From Desulfobacterales bacterium (GTDB lineage Bacteria > Desulfobacterota > Desulfobacteria > Desulfobacterales > UBA2174), in NCBI GenBank assembly GCA_963668645.2, contig CAXXWC010000001.1, forward strand, positions 224,001-288,000: a stretch of 64,000 nt of DNA, in the 5' to 3' direction. Positions 39,821 through 48,994 of the stretch are shown here, piece after piece. Every line of letters starts with the position of its first letter. Position 1 is the first letter of the stretch. The notes under the pieces were generated by a model. The model was given only the letters and a program-made list of their open reading frames with translations, was not told the origin of the DNA and ran no database searches. The translations under genes and the position numbers were made by a program.

Positions 39821-40291
39821 CTAAAGATGTTCCAATTCATATTGTTTTTCCTTGATCAGCCTGTCAACGGCATCAATCTGATTTCTCCAAAAACCCTTTC
39901 TCCTGGATGTCTTTGATGTATTCTTATTCCGATTGTATTGATTTTTTTGAGCCTCCAAATGTTTTATTTCATTTTTTAAGCGTGATTTTCTTTCTTCGAT
40001 TTCTCTATTTTGTGCTTCATTTTTCTGCTGTTCTATTTCCTTCTGGTCATCATGCGAATTATTCCCGCCCGGGGACTCCTGTTCACTCGGGCGTTGGTAC
40101 TTCCGAGGAGAGGTTTCCTTGAATTTCAACTCGTCCAGATCGGAATCATTGTGGCTGTTAGAAGGGGGGCGGTCTTCCATATGAACCACCCCGTCTTTAT
40201 CGGTCCACATGTAAACGTTCTGACCGTATCCTGGATGAACGATAAACGCTGAACAAAGAAGGATGATCACTCCCCGGCAAAATGATTTCAT
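39821..40291 (-). CDS. DUF4124-like exported protein
   Basis: Signal peptide, VYMWTDKDGVVHMEDRPP and a coiled-coil tail. Confidence 0.78.
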   Translation of the reverse strand: MKSFCRGVIILLCSAFIVHPGYGQNVYMWTDKDGVVHMEDRPPSNSHNDSDLDELKFKETSPRKYQRPSEQESPGGNNSHDDQKEIEQQKNEAQNREIEERKSRLKNEIKHLEAQKNQYNRNKNTSKTSRRKGFWRNQIDAVDRLIKEKQYELEHL

Positions 40292-40332
40292 CTCGCCTCT
40301 CCTGTTTCAATTCCCTAAACTTTTCATAAATT

Positions 40333-40800
40333 TCAAGGATATCGGGGCCGATTCATCGAATCCTGGTAATAGGCTTCAAGGCCTTCTGCTCTGATCTTTT
40401 CGTTGACTTTCAGCCAGACCGTATTCAGCCTTTGGTCGAAATTGGTCTTGGCACATGGAAATTCACTGCACTGGAAGCAAAAATCGACCTGCTTTTGCTG
40501 GTGGCAGACGCGCACCCCGCAGTCCTTGAACAGCCTGCACTGCTCGTTGCGGCAGCCGCTGCAATTCGAAGAAGCCAAATAGTCGATCATTTCCATGAAA
40601 TTCGGATACTTTTTGAAAACCGGATCGCCGATCAACGTTTCGAAGCGCTTGGCATAAGCCTCGAAATTGCCAAGCCCTTCCTTGAGTTCCTGGCTGAGCC
40701 GGCGGATCTCGCCGTTGACATGGGCGAAGCATTTCACGCAGTTCAACCCACACGGTGCCAGGGCGGCCTTGATCTGTTCATAGTTCATGTTGTCCCCCAT
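40333..40800 (-). CDS. DUF3795-like Cys-rich protein
   Basis: APCGLNCVKC, CSGCR and FCFQCSEFPC motifs. Confidence 0.78.
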   Translation of the reverse strand: MGDNMNYEQIKAALAPCGLNCVKCFAHVNGEIRRLSQELKEGLGNFEAYAKRFETLIGDPVFKKYPNFMEMIDYLASSNCSGCRNEQCRLFKDCGVRVCHQQKQVDFCFQCSEFPCAKTNFDQRLNTVWLKVNEKIRAEGLEAYYQDSMNRPRYP

Positions 40801-40964
40801 CTACTCAAAAATGATACCTTTCTCATTGACAAGAGTGCAAAAAATGTGTCTAACGATGAAGATATTGCCGGTATGCATTTTAACACAGAAATTTTATGTT
40901 GTATATTTTTTTGAGGTCTTTGGTCCGGATTGAATCGATCTGTATTGAATCGAAAGGATAGCCG

Positions 40965-43379
40965 ATGCCTGCCAAACCCACTTATGAGGAATTGGAGAAA
41001 CGAATCAAAGTCCTTGAAGAAATCATTAAAGGTGAGTCAATACAGGCGGCTGTGGACGCTTCAGGTGTTGCGATAGGTATTTCGGACATCGAAGGATATC
41101 ATTATTATCACAACAAATCACATGGCCGTATGTTCGGCTACACGATAGAAGAACTTTCCCGTTTGACTCCACGCATATTGTTCAGCCAGAAAGATGAATC
41201 GAATGATATTTTCGATACAATTATGTCCGGCGGTTCATGGCAGGGTAAAAACGAAATGGTTGCTAAAAACGGGCGCCGTTTTCCCGCACAGCTTCGAGTA
41301 GATGCCGTAAAAAACAGCAGCGGGAACGCTATCGGAATGATCGGAATCTACACCGATTACACAGAAAATAAAAAAGCTGAGCAGGCGCTTAGGGACAGTG
41401 AGAATAAATTCAGATTGATATCCGAACAATCATTGGTAGGGATACAGTTCATCCAAGACGGCCTGGTAAAATATGCCAATCATGCCTATTGCGATATGAC
41501 CGGATTTTCCATCGATGAAATCATGAACTGGAAACCCTATGAGCATTTAAAACTGGTGCATCCGGATGATCGCGAATTTGTGATAAAAAATGGCCAAATC
41601 AGACAATCTGCCACTTCCGATGCACCGTCTCAGTATGAATTCAGAGGAGTTACAAAAAACGGGGAAGCGAAATGGATCGAATTGTACGCCACCACCTTTT
41701 TATACCAGGAGAAGAAAGCCACCCTTGTGATGTATATCGACATCACCGAACGCAAGAAAGCGCAACAGGCCCTGCAAGAAAGCGAAGAGCGTTTTCGCCT
41801 TCTTTCGGCCGCAGCCTTTGATGGCATCATTATTCACCAGGGGGGCATTCTCATCCGCGCCAACGATCAATACTATAAGATGTTCGGCTACGAAGCCAAG
41901 GAACTGAGAGGCAAGCAGGTCCTGCCGTTGACAATTGCGCCCGAGGCACTGGGGGCCGCCCATAATAAGATCGCCGCCGGAAGCATGGGACCATACAAGG
42001 CCACGGGTCTTAGGAAAGACGGGACCCGATTTCCGGTTGAAGTTCGGGCGCGAGACTGGGAACACGAAGGACGCCAGGTCAGGGTGGCAGCGATCATGGA
42101 CATGACCGAACAGAAGCGGGCCGAAGAGATGCTTCAATACTACAACCGGCGTCTGCAAATTTTGCACCAGATCGACCGGGACATTCTCATTGCCCGCTCC
42201 CCGAAGGAAATCGTCAATGCCGTACTGCAACACATCCGGGGGCTGGTCCCCTGCTGGATGGCCAGCGTGGCGCTTTACGAGCGGGAAACCGGACAAATCA
42301 TTGTCCTGGCCAGCGAAGTCAGCGGCGACACGATGATATTGCCCGGCGCGCAGATACCCGCCCCAGCCGAGTGGGTGGACCGGATGTTGACGGAAAATTG
42401 CCATTTCGTGGAAGACATCGGCACACTATCGGAACCGATCTCGCCCACCGTCCGGATCGCACTGGACGAAGGCATCCGCTCCTATCTGGCCGCTTCACTG
42501 GTGGCCGAAGGAAATCTGATCGGAGAACTGATGCTCTCGCGCAAGATCCCTTCGACCTTTTCACCGGAAGATCTGGAGATCGCCGGTGAGGTCGCCGATC
42601 AGCTCGCCATCGCCATCAACCAAGCGCGGATGAAGCAACAGATCGAACAGCACGCGGCCGAACTGGAGCAAAGGGTCGCCCAGCGTACGCTCGAACTTCA
42701 GGAAATCAACGCCGAGCTGCAAGCTTTCACCTATTCCGTTTCTCACGACCTCAAAGCCCCCTTGCGTGGCATTGACGGCTACAGCCGGTTGCTGTTGCTC
42801 GATTATGTCGACAAACTGGACGAGGAAGGCCAAACATTTCTGCACACCATTCGCGGCGCCACCCAACAGATGAACCAGTTGATTGACGACCTGCTGGCCT
42901 ACTCCCGTCTCGAGCGCCGGTCCATGAAAACCGCCAAACTTGACCCCCGTTCCCTTGCAGAGATGGTAATCGCCGAACGGGCGGACGAACTTCGAGACCG
43001 CCGGGCGACGATAGACTTGGATATCCCTTGTACGACCGTAACCGCAGAAGCCGAAGGCCTGGTCGTGGCGCTTCGCAACCTGCTGGGAAACGCCCTGAAA
43101 TTCAGCCGCGACCTGCCGGCGCCGCACATTGAAATCGGAGGGCGGGAAACCGACAACGCGTGTATTTTGTGGGTTCGCGATAACGGCATCGGATTTGAGA
43201 TGCAGTACCATGATCGCATCTTTGAAATCTTCCAGCGCCTCCACCGGGCCGAAGACTACCCTGGCACCGGAGTGGGCCTTGCCATGGTGCGCAAGGTGAT
43301 GCAGCGCATGGGCGGCCGCGTCTGGGGGGAGAGTACACCGGGCAAAGGCGCGGCATTCTATCTGGAGGTACCGAAATGA
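40965..43379 (+). CDS. PAS-PAS-PAS-GAF sensor histidine kinase
   Basis: Three PAS/PAC blocks ending DYTE, DITE and DMTE, a GAF domain, FTYSVSHDLKAPLR H-box and GTGVGL. Confidence 0.92.
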   Translation: MPAKPTYEELEKRIKVLEEIIKGESIQAAVDASGVAIGISDIEGYHYYHNKSHGRMFGYTIEELSRLTPRILFSQKDESNDIFDTIMSGGSWQGKNEMVAKNGRRFPAQLRVDAVKNSSGNAIGMIGIYTDYTENKKAEQALRDSENKFRLISEQSLVGIQFIQDGLVKYANHAYCDMTGFSIDEIMNWKPYEHLKLVHPDDREFVIKNGQIRQSATSDAPSQYEFRGVTKNGEAKWIELYATTFLYQEKKATLVMYIDITERKKAQQALQESEERFRLLSAAAFDGIIIHQGGILIRANDQYYKMFGYEAKELRGKQVLPLTIAPEALGAAHNKIAAGSMGPYKATGLRKDGTRFPVEVRARDWEHEGRQVRVAAIMDMTEQKRAEEMLQYYNRRLQILHQIDRDILIARSPKEIVNAVLQHIRGLVPCWMASVALYERETGQIIVLASEVSGDTMILPGAQIPAPAEWVDRMLTENCHFVEDIGTLSEPISPTVRIALDEGIRSYLAASLVAEGNLIGELMLSRKIPSTFSPEDLEIAGEVADQLAIAINQARMKQQIEQHAAELEQRVAQRTLELQEINAELQAFTYSVSHDLKAPLRGIDGYSRLLLLDYVDKLDEEGQTFLHTIRGATQQMNQLIDDLLAYSRLERRSMKTAKLDPRSLAEMVIAERADELRDRRATIDLDIPCTTVTAEAEGLVVALRNLLGNALKFSRDLPAPHIEIGGRETDNACILWVRDNGIGFEMQYHDRIFEIFQRLHRAEDYPGTGVGLAMVRKVMQRMGGRVWGESTPGKGAAFYLEVPK

Positions 43380-43801
43380 AAAATATCATCCGCCCGATCC
43401 TGCTTATCGAAGACAACCCGATGGATGTCGATCTTACCCGCCGCGCCTTTTCAAGACGCAAACTGGTAAACCCGCTTGAAGTGCTGCGAGACGGAGATGA
43501 GGCCCTTAATTATATTGGAATCTGGGCGGCCGATGCACCGCTGCCCGTCGTCATCTTGCTCGACTTGAAACTGCCCAAGGTGGATGGGCTGGAAGTTTTG
43601 CGTCAGATGAAGGGGCATCCTAAATTTTGCACCGTGCCGGTTGTCATTCTTACCACTTCTTCTGAAAACTCGGATATCCAAAACGCATATCAACTGGGGG
43701 CCAACTCCTATATCATCAAGCCGGTGGATTTCGAAAAATTCATGGAAGTCGCCGGACATATTGAGCTATATTGGAACGTTCTGAATAAGCCGCCAAGTTG
43801 A
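43376..43801 (+). CDS. Single-domain response regulator (Rcp1-like)
   Basis: LIEDNPMD, LLDLKLPKVDG and GANSYIIKP motifs; ATGA overlap with the kinase. Confidence 0.92.
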   Translation: MKNIIRPILLIEDNPMDVDLTRRAFSRRKLVNPLEVLRDGDEALNYIGIWAADAPLPVVILLDLKLPKVDGLEVLRQMKGHPKFCTVPVVILTTSSENSDIQNAYQLGANSYIIKPVDFEKFMEVAGHIELYWNVLNKPPS

Positions 43802-43870
43802 CATGGAAGTTGAAAGATACGTGTAACGATTCCGGGCCGCAGGTTTCCAGAAGTTCACAAAAGGCAAAGC

Positions 43871-46222
43871 ATGCGCATTTTATACGTAGAAAACGACCCA
43901 CTCGACGCCGATCTGACGCGCCGCCAACTGAGAAAAACGGCGCCCCATTTAGACCTGGAACTGGTCGGCACCCAGAGGGAAGCTCTCGCCCGGCTGTCCG
44001 GGCCGGAAGCTTCGCGTTATGATCTGGTTCTTTCCGACATGCGTTTGCATGACGGTGATGGTCTGGCCATTTTGACCCACATTCGCGCGCGCGAACTGCC
44101 GTTGGCTGTGGTCCTGATCACCGGGTCAGGCGATGAAGAGACCGCCGTCGCCGTACTCAAGGCAGGCGCCAACGATTATGTCGTTAAACGTGGTGATTAC
44201 CTGGCTCGCTTGCCGCTGGCACTCGAGGATGCCCTGCATCATTACCGTGCGGAGGTGACCCGCCAAACTCGCCCTTTGAACGTGCTGTACGCCGAACATA
44301 ATGCCGCAGATATTGATCTGCTGCGCCGCCACCTGGCCACCCGCGCCTCCCATATCCACCTGGATGTCGTCGGCACTGCCACCGAAGCGCTGCAACGCCT
44401 TCCCGAGCGTGGAATCGTCTATGATTATGATATCCTCCTGCTCGACTACCGCCTTCCCGGACTCAACGCATTGGAGATGCTCAAGGAATTATACCAGATG
44501 CGCAGGCTGCAGATACCGGTCGTGCTGGTAACCGGCCAGGGTGACCAGGAAGTGGCATTGCAGGCGCTGAAGTTGGGTGTTTCGGATTATGTTCCGAAAA
44601 ATCCCGGCTATCTCCACCAGCTTCCGAGCGTACTGGAAAACACCTTCCACCGTGCCCAACTGGCCCGCGACCAGACGGCGCTGCGGGAAAGTGAAAGCAA
44701 ATACAGGACACTGGTTGAAAATATTCCCCAGGGGATATTCACCAAGGACACGAACTCGGTCTATGTGTCCTGCAATGAAAACTTCGCCAAAGCGGTGGGC
44801 ATCCGAGCGGATCAAATAGCCGGGAAAACCGACTATGACTTTTTTCCGAAAACGTTGGCAGACAAGTACCGCGCAGACGACAAACGGATCATGAAGGCGG
44901 AAAAGACGGCAGATTTCGAGCAAAAATTCTTCCACTCCGGAAAGGAGTCCTGGATTCATACGATTAAAACCCCTATCCGGCAGCCGGATGGAACGGTTAC
45001 GGGCATCCTGGGCGCCTCCTGGGACATCAGCAAACGCAAGCAGGCTGAAGCGGAAAGGGAAAAGCTCCAGTCGCAGCTCATCCAGGCCCAGAAGCTGGAA
45101 GCGGTCGGGCGGCTCGCGGGCGGGGTGGCCCACGATTTCAATAATATGCTGGGGGTAATTCTCGGCCACGCGGAATTGGCCCTGGATCAACTGGACCCGG
45201 ATCAGCAGGTCTATGCGGACCTGGTCGAAATCCGCAAGGCGGCCGGCCGCTCGGCCGACCTCACCCGCCAGCTGCTGACCTTCGCGCGCAAGCAGGATAT
45301 CACCCCCAGTGTGCTCGACCTGAATGAAGCGGTAAAGGGGATGTTCAAGATGCTGCATCGCCTGATCGGCGAAAACATCAATCTTGTCTGGCTGCCCGGC
45401 GAGGCGCTTTGGCCGGTCAGGATCGACCCGTCCCAGGTCGACCAGATTCTGGCCAACCTGTGCATCAATGCCCGCGATGCCATTGCAGGCGTGGGAGAAG
45501 TGACCATCCAGACCCAAAAAATGATCCTTGACGAGACATACCGCACCGATAACCCCCAGTTCGTCCCCGGCGAGTACGTCATGCTCACCGTGAAAGACAA
45601 TGGCTGCGGAATGGACAAAGAGACCCGGTCCCATCTGTTCGAGCCCTTCTTCACCACCAAGGACGTGGGTGAAGGGACCGGTCTCGGACTAGCCACGGTT
45701 TTCGGCATCGTCAAACAGAACAACGGATTCATCCACGTTGACAGCGATCCGGGATCAGGCACGTCCTTCAAGCTCTATCTGCCGCGGCACGTGGCCTTGA
45801 CAGAGTCAACGCCCCCAAAAAGCACGTCAGAACTGCCGCCCCAGGGTCATGAGACGATTTTGCTGGTGGAAGATGAGCCCGCGATTTTGAACATGGAAAA
45901 GCTGATGCTGGAAAAATTCGGTTACCGGATTCTGACCGCCGCCAGACCGAGCCAGGCTCTCCATGTCGCCAAGGCACATACGGGCCGGATCCACCTTCTG
46001 ATAACCGACATGATCTTGCCCGAGATGGACGGGCGGGATTTGGCCAAAAGCCTGATCTCCCTGAACCCGGAACTCAAGTGCCTGTTTACATCCGGCTATA
46101 CGGACGCCATCATTGCCCGTTACGGCAAATCCGGCGAGGAATTCAACTTCATCCAAAAACCGTTTTCCAAGCAGTCCCTGGCGGTCAAGGTGCGCGAGGT
46201 TCTCGATCAGAACCGGAGCTGA
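43871..46222 (+). CDS. Hybrid kinase REC-REC-PAS-HK-REC
   Basis: Two N-terminal REC domains, PAS, AGGVAHDFNN, GTGLGL and a C-terminal REC domain. Confidence 0.92.
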   Translation: MRILYVENDPLDADLTRRQLRKTAPHLDLELVGTQREALARLSGPEASRYDLVLSDMRLHDGDGLAILTHIRARELPLAVVLITGSGDEETAVAVLKAGANDYVVKRGDYLARLPLALEDALHHYRAEVTRQTRPLNVLYAEHNAADIDLLRRHLATRASHIHLDVVGTATEALQRLPERGIVYDYDILLLDYRLPGLNALEMLKELYQMRRLQIPVVLVTGQGDQEVALQALKLGVSDYVPKNPGYLHQLPSVLENTFHRAQLARDQTALRESESKYRTLVENIPQGIFTKDTNSVYVSCNENFAKAVGIRADQIAGKTDYDFFPKTLADKYRADDKRIMKAEKTADFEQKFFHSGKESWIHTIKTPIRQPDGTVTGILGASWDISKRKQAEAEREKLQSQLIQAQKLEAVGRLAGGVAHDFNNMLGVILGHAELALDQLDPDQQVYADLVEIRKAAGRSADLTRQLLTFARKQDITPSVLDLNEAVKGMFKMLHRLIGENINLVWLPGEALWPVRIDPSQVDQILANLCINARDAIAGVGEVTIQTQKMILDETYRTDNPQFVPGEYVMLTVKDNGCGMDKETRSHLFEPFFTTKDVGEGTGLGLATVFGIVKQNNGFIHVDSDPGSGTSFKLYLPRHVALTESTPPKSTSELPPQGHETILLVEDEPAILNMEKLMLEKFGYRILTAARPSQALHVAKAHTGRIHLLITDMILPEMDGRDLAKSLISLNPELKCLFTSGYTDAIIARYGKSGEEFNFIQKPFSKQSLAVKVREVLDQNRS

Positions 46223-46340
46223 TGCGAACTCCCCTTTTCCCGGAGACGGTTCAGTCTTTTTGAAGCGTTTTTGTTGCCGTTCACGATCTGCCTGCGCGCA
46301 AGGCCTTCTCAAGATCAATTCATTCCATCCGCTTGTCACA

Positions 46341-46451
46341 TCGGGTCGAGGCCTGCGGGTCGGTCCGGCATCCGCCTCCCCTCCCTTCGCAGGCCTCACC
46401 CTCCGCCTGGCTCCGCACCCTTCACTTGACCTGCCTGCTCCTCTGGCTGAC
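46341..46451 (-). repeat. Conserved element 3' of VR1 (copy 1; candidate IMH plus hairpin)
   Basis: 111 bp, ungapped match to 50568-50678 with 10 mismatches by manual alignment. Contains the inverted repeat GAGGCCTGCG / CGCAGGCCTC. Confidence 0.85.
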
Positions 46452-48684
46452 CTGGGAGGAAGACGAGCCGGAACCCGACGTACAGGGCGCGGCGGCCGGG
46501 GCCGCGCCTGCCGCGGGACGCCGACCGGCAGGACCCGGCCGAGTAGTGCCAGGAACCGCCCCGCAGAACCCGGTCCGAGCCCTGAGCAGGACCTTTGGGA
46601 TCTACAACCTCATTTTCGTCAGCATAGGGAGCGTACCAATCTTCGCACCATTCCCATACATTGCCGTGCATGTCATAAAGCCCCCAGGCATTGGGCACTT
46701 TCTGTGCAACGGGGTGGGTTTTACTCTTCGAATTCTCCCTAAACCAAGCGTAGGTGGACAGTCCGGCGTCCTCATCGCCAAAATGGTATCGGCTTCTGGA
46801 GCCGGCGCGACAAGCATACTCCCATTCGGCTTCCGTGGGCAACCGGAAGCCAACCCCAGGAACATTCCGGTTCATGCGCCGGATAAATTCCTGGGCATCT
46901 TCCCAGGAGACAGTCTCCACCGGGCAACCCGGCCCGCAACTCTTGAAGTGTGAAGGATTGTCCCCCATGACGGACTGCCACTGGATCTGGGTGACCGGGG
47001 TCGATTGTATGAAAAAGCCGCGGGTCAGCTTGACAAAATGGGTTGCCTCTTCATCAAAACGGTCTTGCTCTCTTTTTGAACTGCCCATAATAAATGATCC
47101 CGGCGGGATGAAAACGAATTCCGCATTGAGGGGGCCAAAATCGGCAACGATTCCCTCAAGGGCATCCTGGTTCCAATCCATCAAACCGGTATCCGTCAGG
47201 CTGATCCGGGTTTTCTTCAGCGAGGCCCGGTTGAAAACCGCGCCCTCCAGGTTCGCACCCGAAAGGTTGCATTCAGTCAATTCCGCTCCTGTGAAGCAGG
47301 CCCCGCTGAGATCGCATTTCGAAAAATCAATGCGGGTCAGTACGGCTCCGGATAGATTCAACGCCCTCAAATTCCGCCCATTGAAATTGCCATTTGAATG
47401 TCGAATGCCCCTGCAGTCCAGCAGGTGAGGGAAATTGAGAGCTTTGTCAGCCTGCGTGACAAGCTTAAAGATAAAGTCGGTCACCGGAACCCGACCCTGG
47501 GGCGTGTAGGACGTGTTCTCCATGAGCAGCAGCCGGGCCACCAGAAACTCCTGGATACTCGAATGGGCGAAACGGTAGTCTCCATCGGAATTACGGTTGA
47601 CAAGAGAACGGCCTTTCAGGTCAAGTGACTTGATGGGGCTGACGTCCGAGATCTCCTCGATGAGGGTGTCCAACTCACGCTCGCTGATCTTTCGAAGCTT
47701 CATGACCTGGAGATGGGTCGCCAGGACGACAGAGGCTTCCAGCAGGTCATTTCTGCGGATGCGCCCTCCCTTGGTCTCCTCCCTTTCCAGCCAGCTTTGC
47801 ACCAGGGCCTCGTAAATACGGAATTCGTCATCTTTCTCACCGATGAAAGGAGACTTCATGAGGTCTTCGATATAAGCCAACAGCATCGGTCGGCAGCGCA
47901 GCGAGCCCATTTTCGCGATGATCGCCTTAGCCTCCCGGATCTTTTGCTCGTTGGGAAACAGGCGGAATTTCTTTGGGAAGCGCTTGTCCAGATAGGCCTT
48001 CACCTTCTCTTCACTAAAAAACGAGAGGAATTTCACCGGACAGTTGAACCCGCCGATGGAGATGCGCCCCAAACGATCCATGGGATCTTTTTCGGTTTCG
48101 GGAAAAAACTGAGTGCGGCAGGTTACGATCACCCGGAAAAAGGATTTGGAAGCCTTCAGGATCTCCAGCAACCGCTCCCGGACCCGCCCCAAGGCAACCG
48201 GATCTTCGTCCAGGGAATCCAGAAGGAGGATGGTCTTTCGTTTGTTGGGATTGGCCTCGATTCTGCCCAGGGTGTCCTCACCCAGCTTCTCCAGGACGCA
48301 ATCCGTGCTTTGGGGCCAGAACGAGGTCAGGTGCATCAGTTTGAGCATGTTCAACAGGGCGGTCTTACCCATGCCCGCATCCGAGAGCACAAACATCTGG
48401 TTGAAGCCAGGCCGGTCGCCATGGCCCGGTTTAAAATAACGGTTCAGAGTGGTCATCACCGGATCGCGGGCCAATAGGAGATCGTCTTCTTCCCGGTCCG
48501 CCGGATTGCGGTCCTGGCAGTCCGGCTCCACGTAGTATTTGGCAATCTCAACTGGATCGCCGTAGACCACGTTGTTGATCTTTTCCAGTTCATCCAGCCG
48601 GTTTTTGCGGATGGGCTGGAGACTGCGCCACAGCTTGGGTATCCACTTTACACCAGTGGCAAAGGCGTCCAGTTCCATAGGCAT
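46396..48684 (-). CDS. DGR target 1: NACHT-type NTPase + pentapeptide repeats + FGE-sulfatase/CLec domain
   Basis: SDAGMGKT (Walker A), LLLDSLDE (Walker B), VTCR, PMLL, FAHSSIQEFL, pentapeptide repeats, LPTEAEWEYACRAG, DMHGNVWEWC and RVLRGGSW...GFRLV. Confidence 0.9.
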   Translation of the reverse strand: MPMELDAFATGVKWIPKLWRSLQPIRKNRLDELEKINNVVYGDPVEIAKYYVEPDCQDRNPADREEDDLLLARDPVMTTLNRYFKPGHGDRPGFNQMFVLSDAGMGKTALLNMLKLMHLTSFWPQSTDCVLEKLGEDTLGRIEANPNKRKTILLLDSLDEDPVALGRVRERLLEILKASKSFFRVIVTCRTQFFPETEKDPMDRLGRISIGGFNCPVKFLSFFSEEKVKAYLDKRFPKKFRLFPNEQKIREAKAIIAKMGSLRCRPMLLAYIEDLMKSPFIGEKDDEFRIYEALVQSWLEREETKGGRIRRNDLLEASVVLATHLQVMKLRKISERELDTLIEEISDVSPIKSLDLKGRSLVNRNSDGDYRFAHSSIQEFLVARLLLMENTSYTPQGRVPVTDFIFKLVTQADKALNFPHLLDCRGIRHSNGNFNGRNLRALNLSGAVLTRIDFSKCDLSGACFTGAELTECNLSGANLEGAVFNRASLKKTRISLTDTGLMDWNQDALEGIVADFGPLNAEFVFIPPGSFIMGSSKREQDRFDEEATHFVKLTRGFFIQSTPVTQIQWQSVMGDNPSHFKSCGPGCPVETVSWEDAQEFIRRMNRNVPGVGFRLPTEAEWEYACRAGSRSRYHFGDEDAGLSTYAWFRENSKSKTHPVAQKVPNAWGLYDMHGNVWEWCEDWYAPYADENEVVDPKGPAQGSDRVLRGGSWHYSAGSCRSASRGRRGPGRRALYVGFRLVFLPGQPEEQAGQVKGAEPGGG
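46452..46580 (-). repeat. DGR variable repeat VR1
   Basis: 129-bp ungapped match to TR with 19 mismatches, all at TR adenines on the coding strand. Confidence 0.96.
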
Positions 48685-48731
48685 ACATGAAGCTCCTTTT
48701 CAGCGAAGAGATTCAGAGCCAGCCAAAAGGC

Positions 48732-48864
48732 GGCCGGTGCGGAACCGTCGGCGGGAATCCTCGACCGCCTACCAGCCCCGCACCGGCCTTGCTTTTCGCC
48801 CCGGCCAAGGCCGGGGACGGGATTCCGTCCGGGTCAGCAGGCGGGCTCCGCCGCACCTGGTGAG
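48732..48864 (-). ncRNA. Putative structured spacer part of the DGR RNA, 3' of TR
   Basis: Cluster of inverted repeats at 48732-48742/48778-48788, 48799-48816, 48815-48830 and 48840-48852 in non-coding sequence. RNA function is inferred. Confidence 0.55.
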
Positions 48865-48993
48865 CTGGGAGGAAGACGAGCCGGAACCCGATGTTCTGGT
48901 TGCGGTTGCCGGGGTCGTTCCTGTTGCGGTACGCCGACCGGCAGTTCCTGGCCGAGTTGTTCCAGGAACCGCCCCGCAGAACCCGGTTCGAGC
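48865..48993 (-). repeat. DGR template repeat (TR)
   Basis: Begins 1 nt after the RT stop codon. In the VR frame it reads [42 protein letters not shown], with nine AAC codons. Confidence 0.96.
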
Positions 48994-48994
48994 T

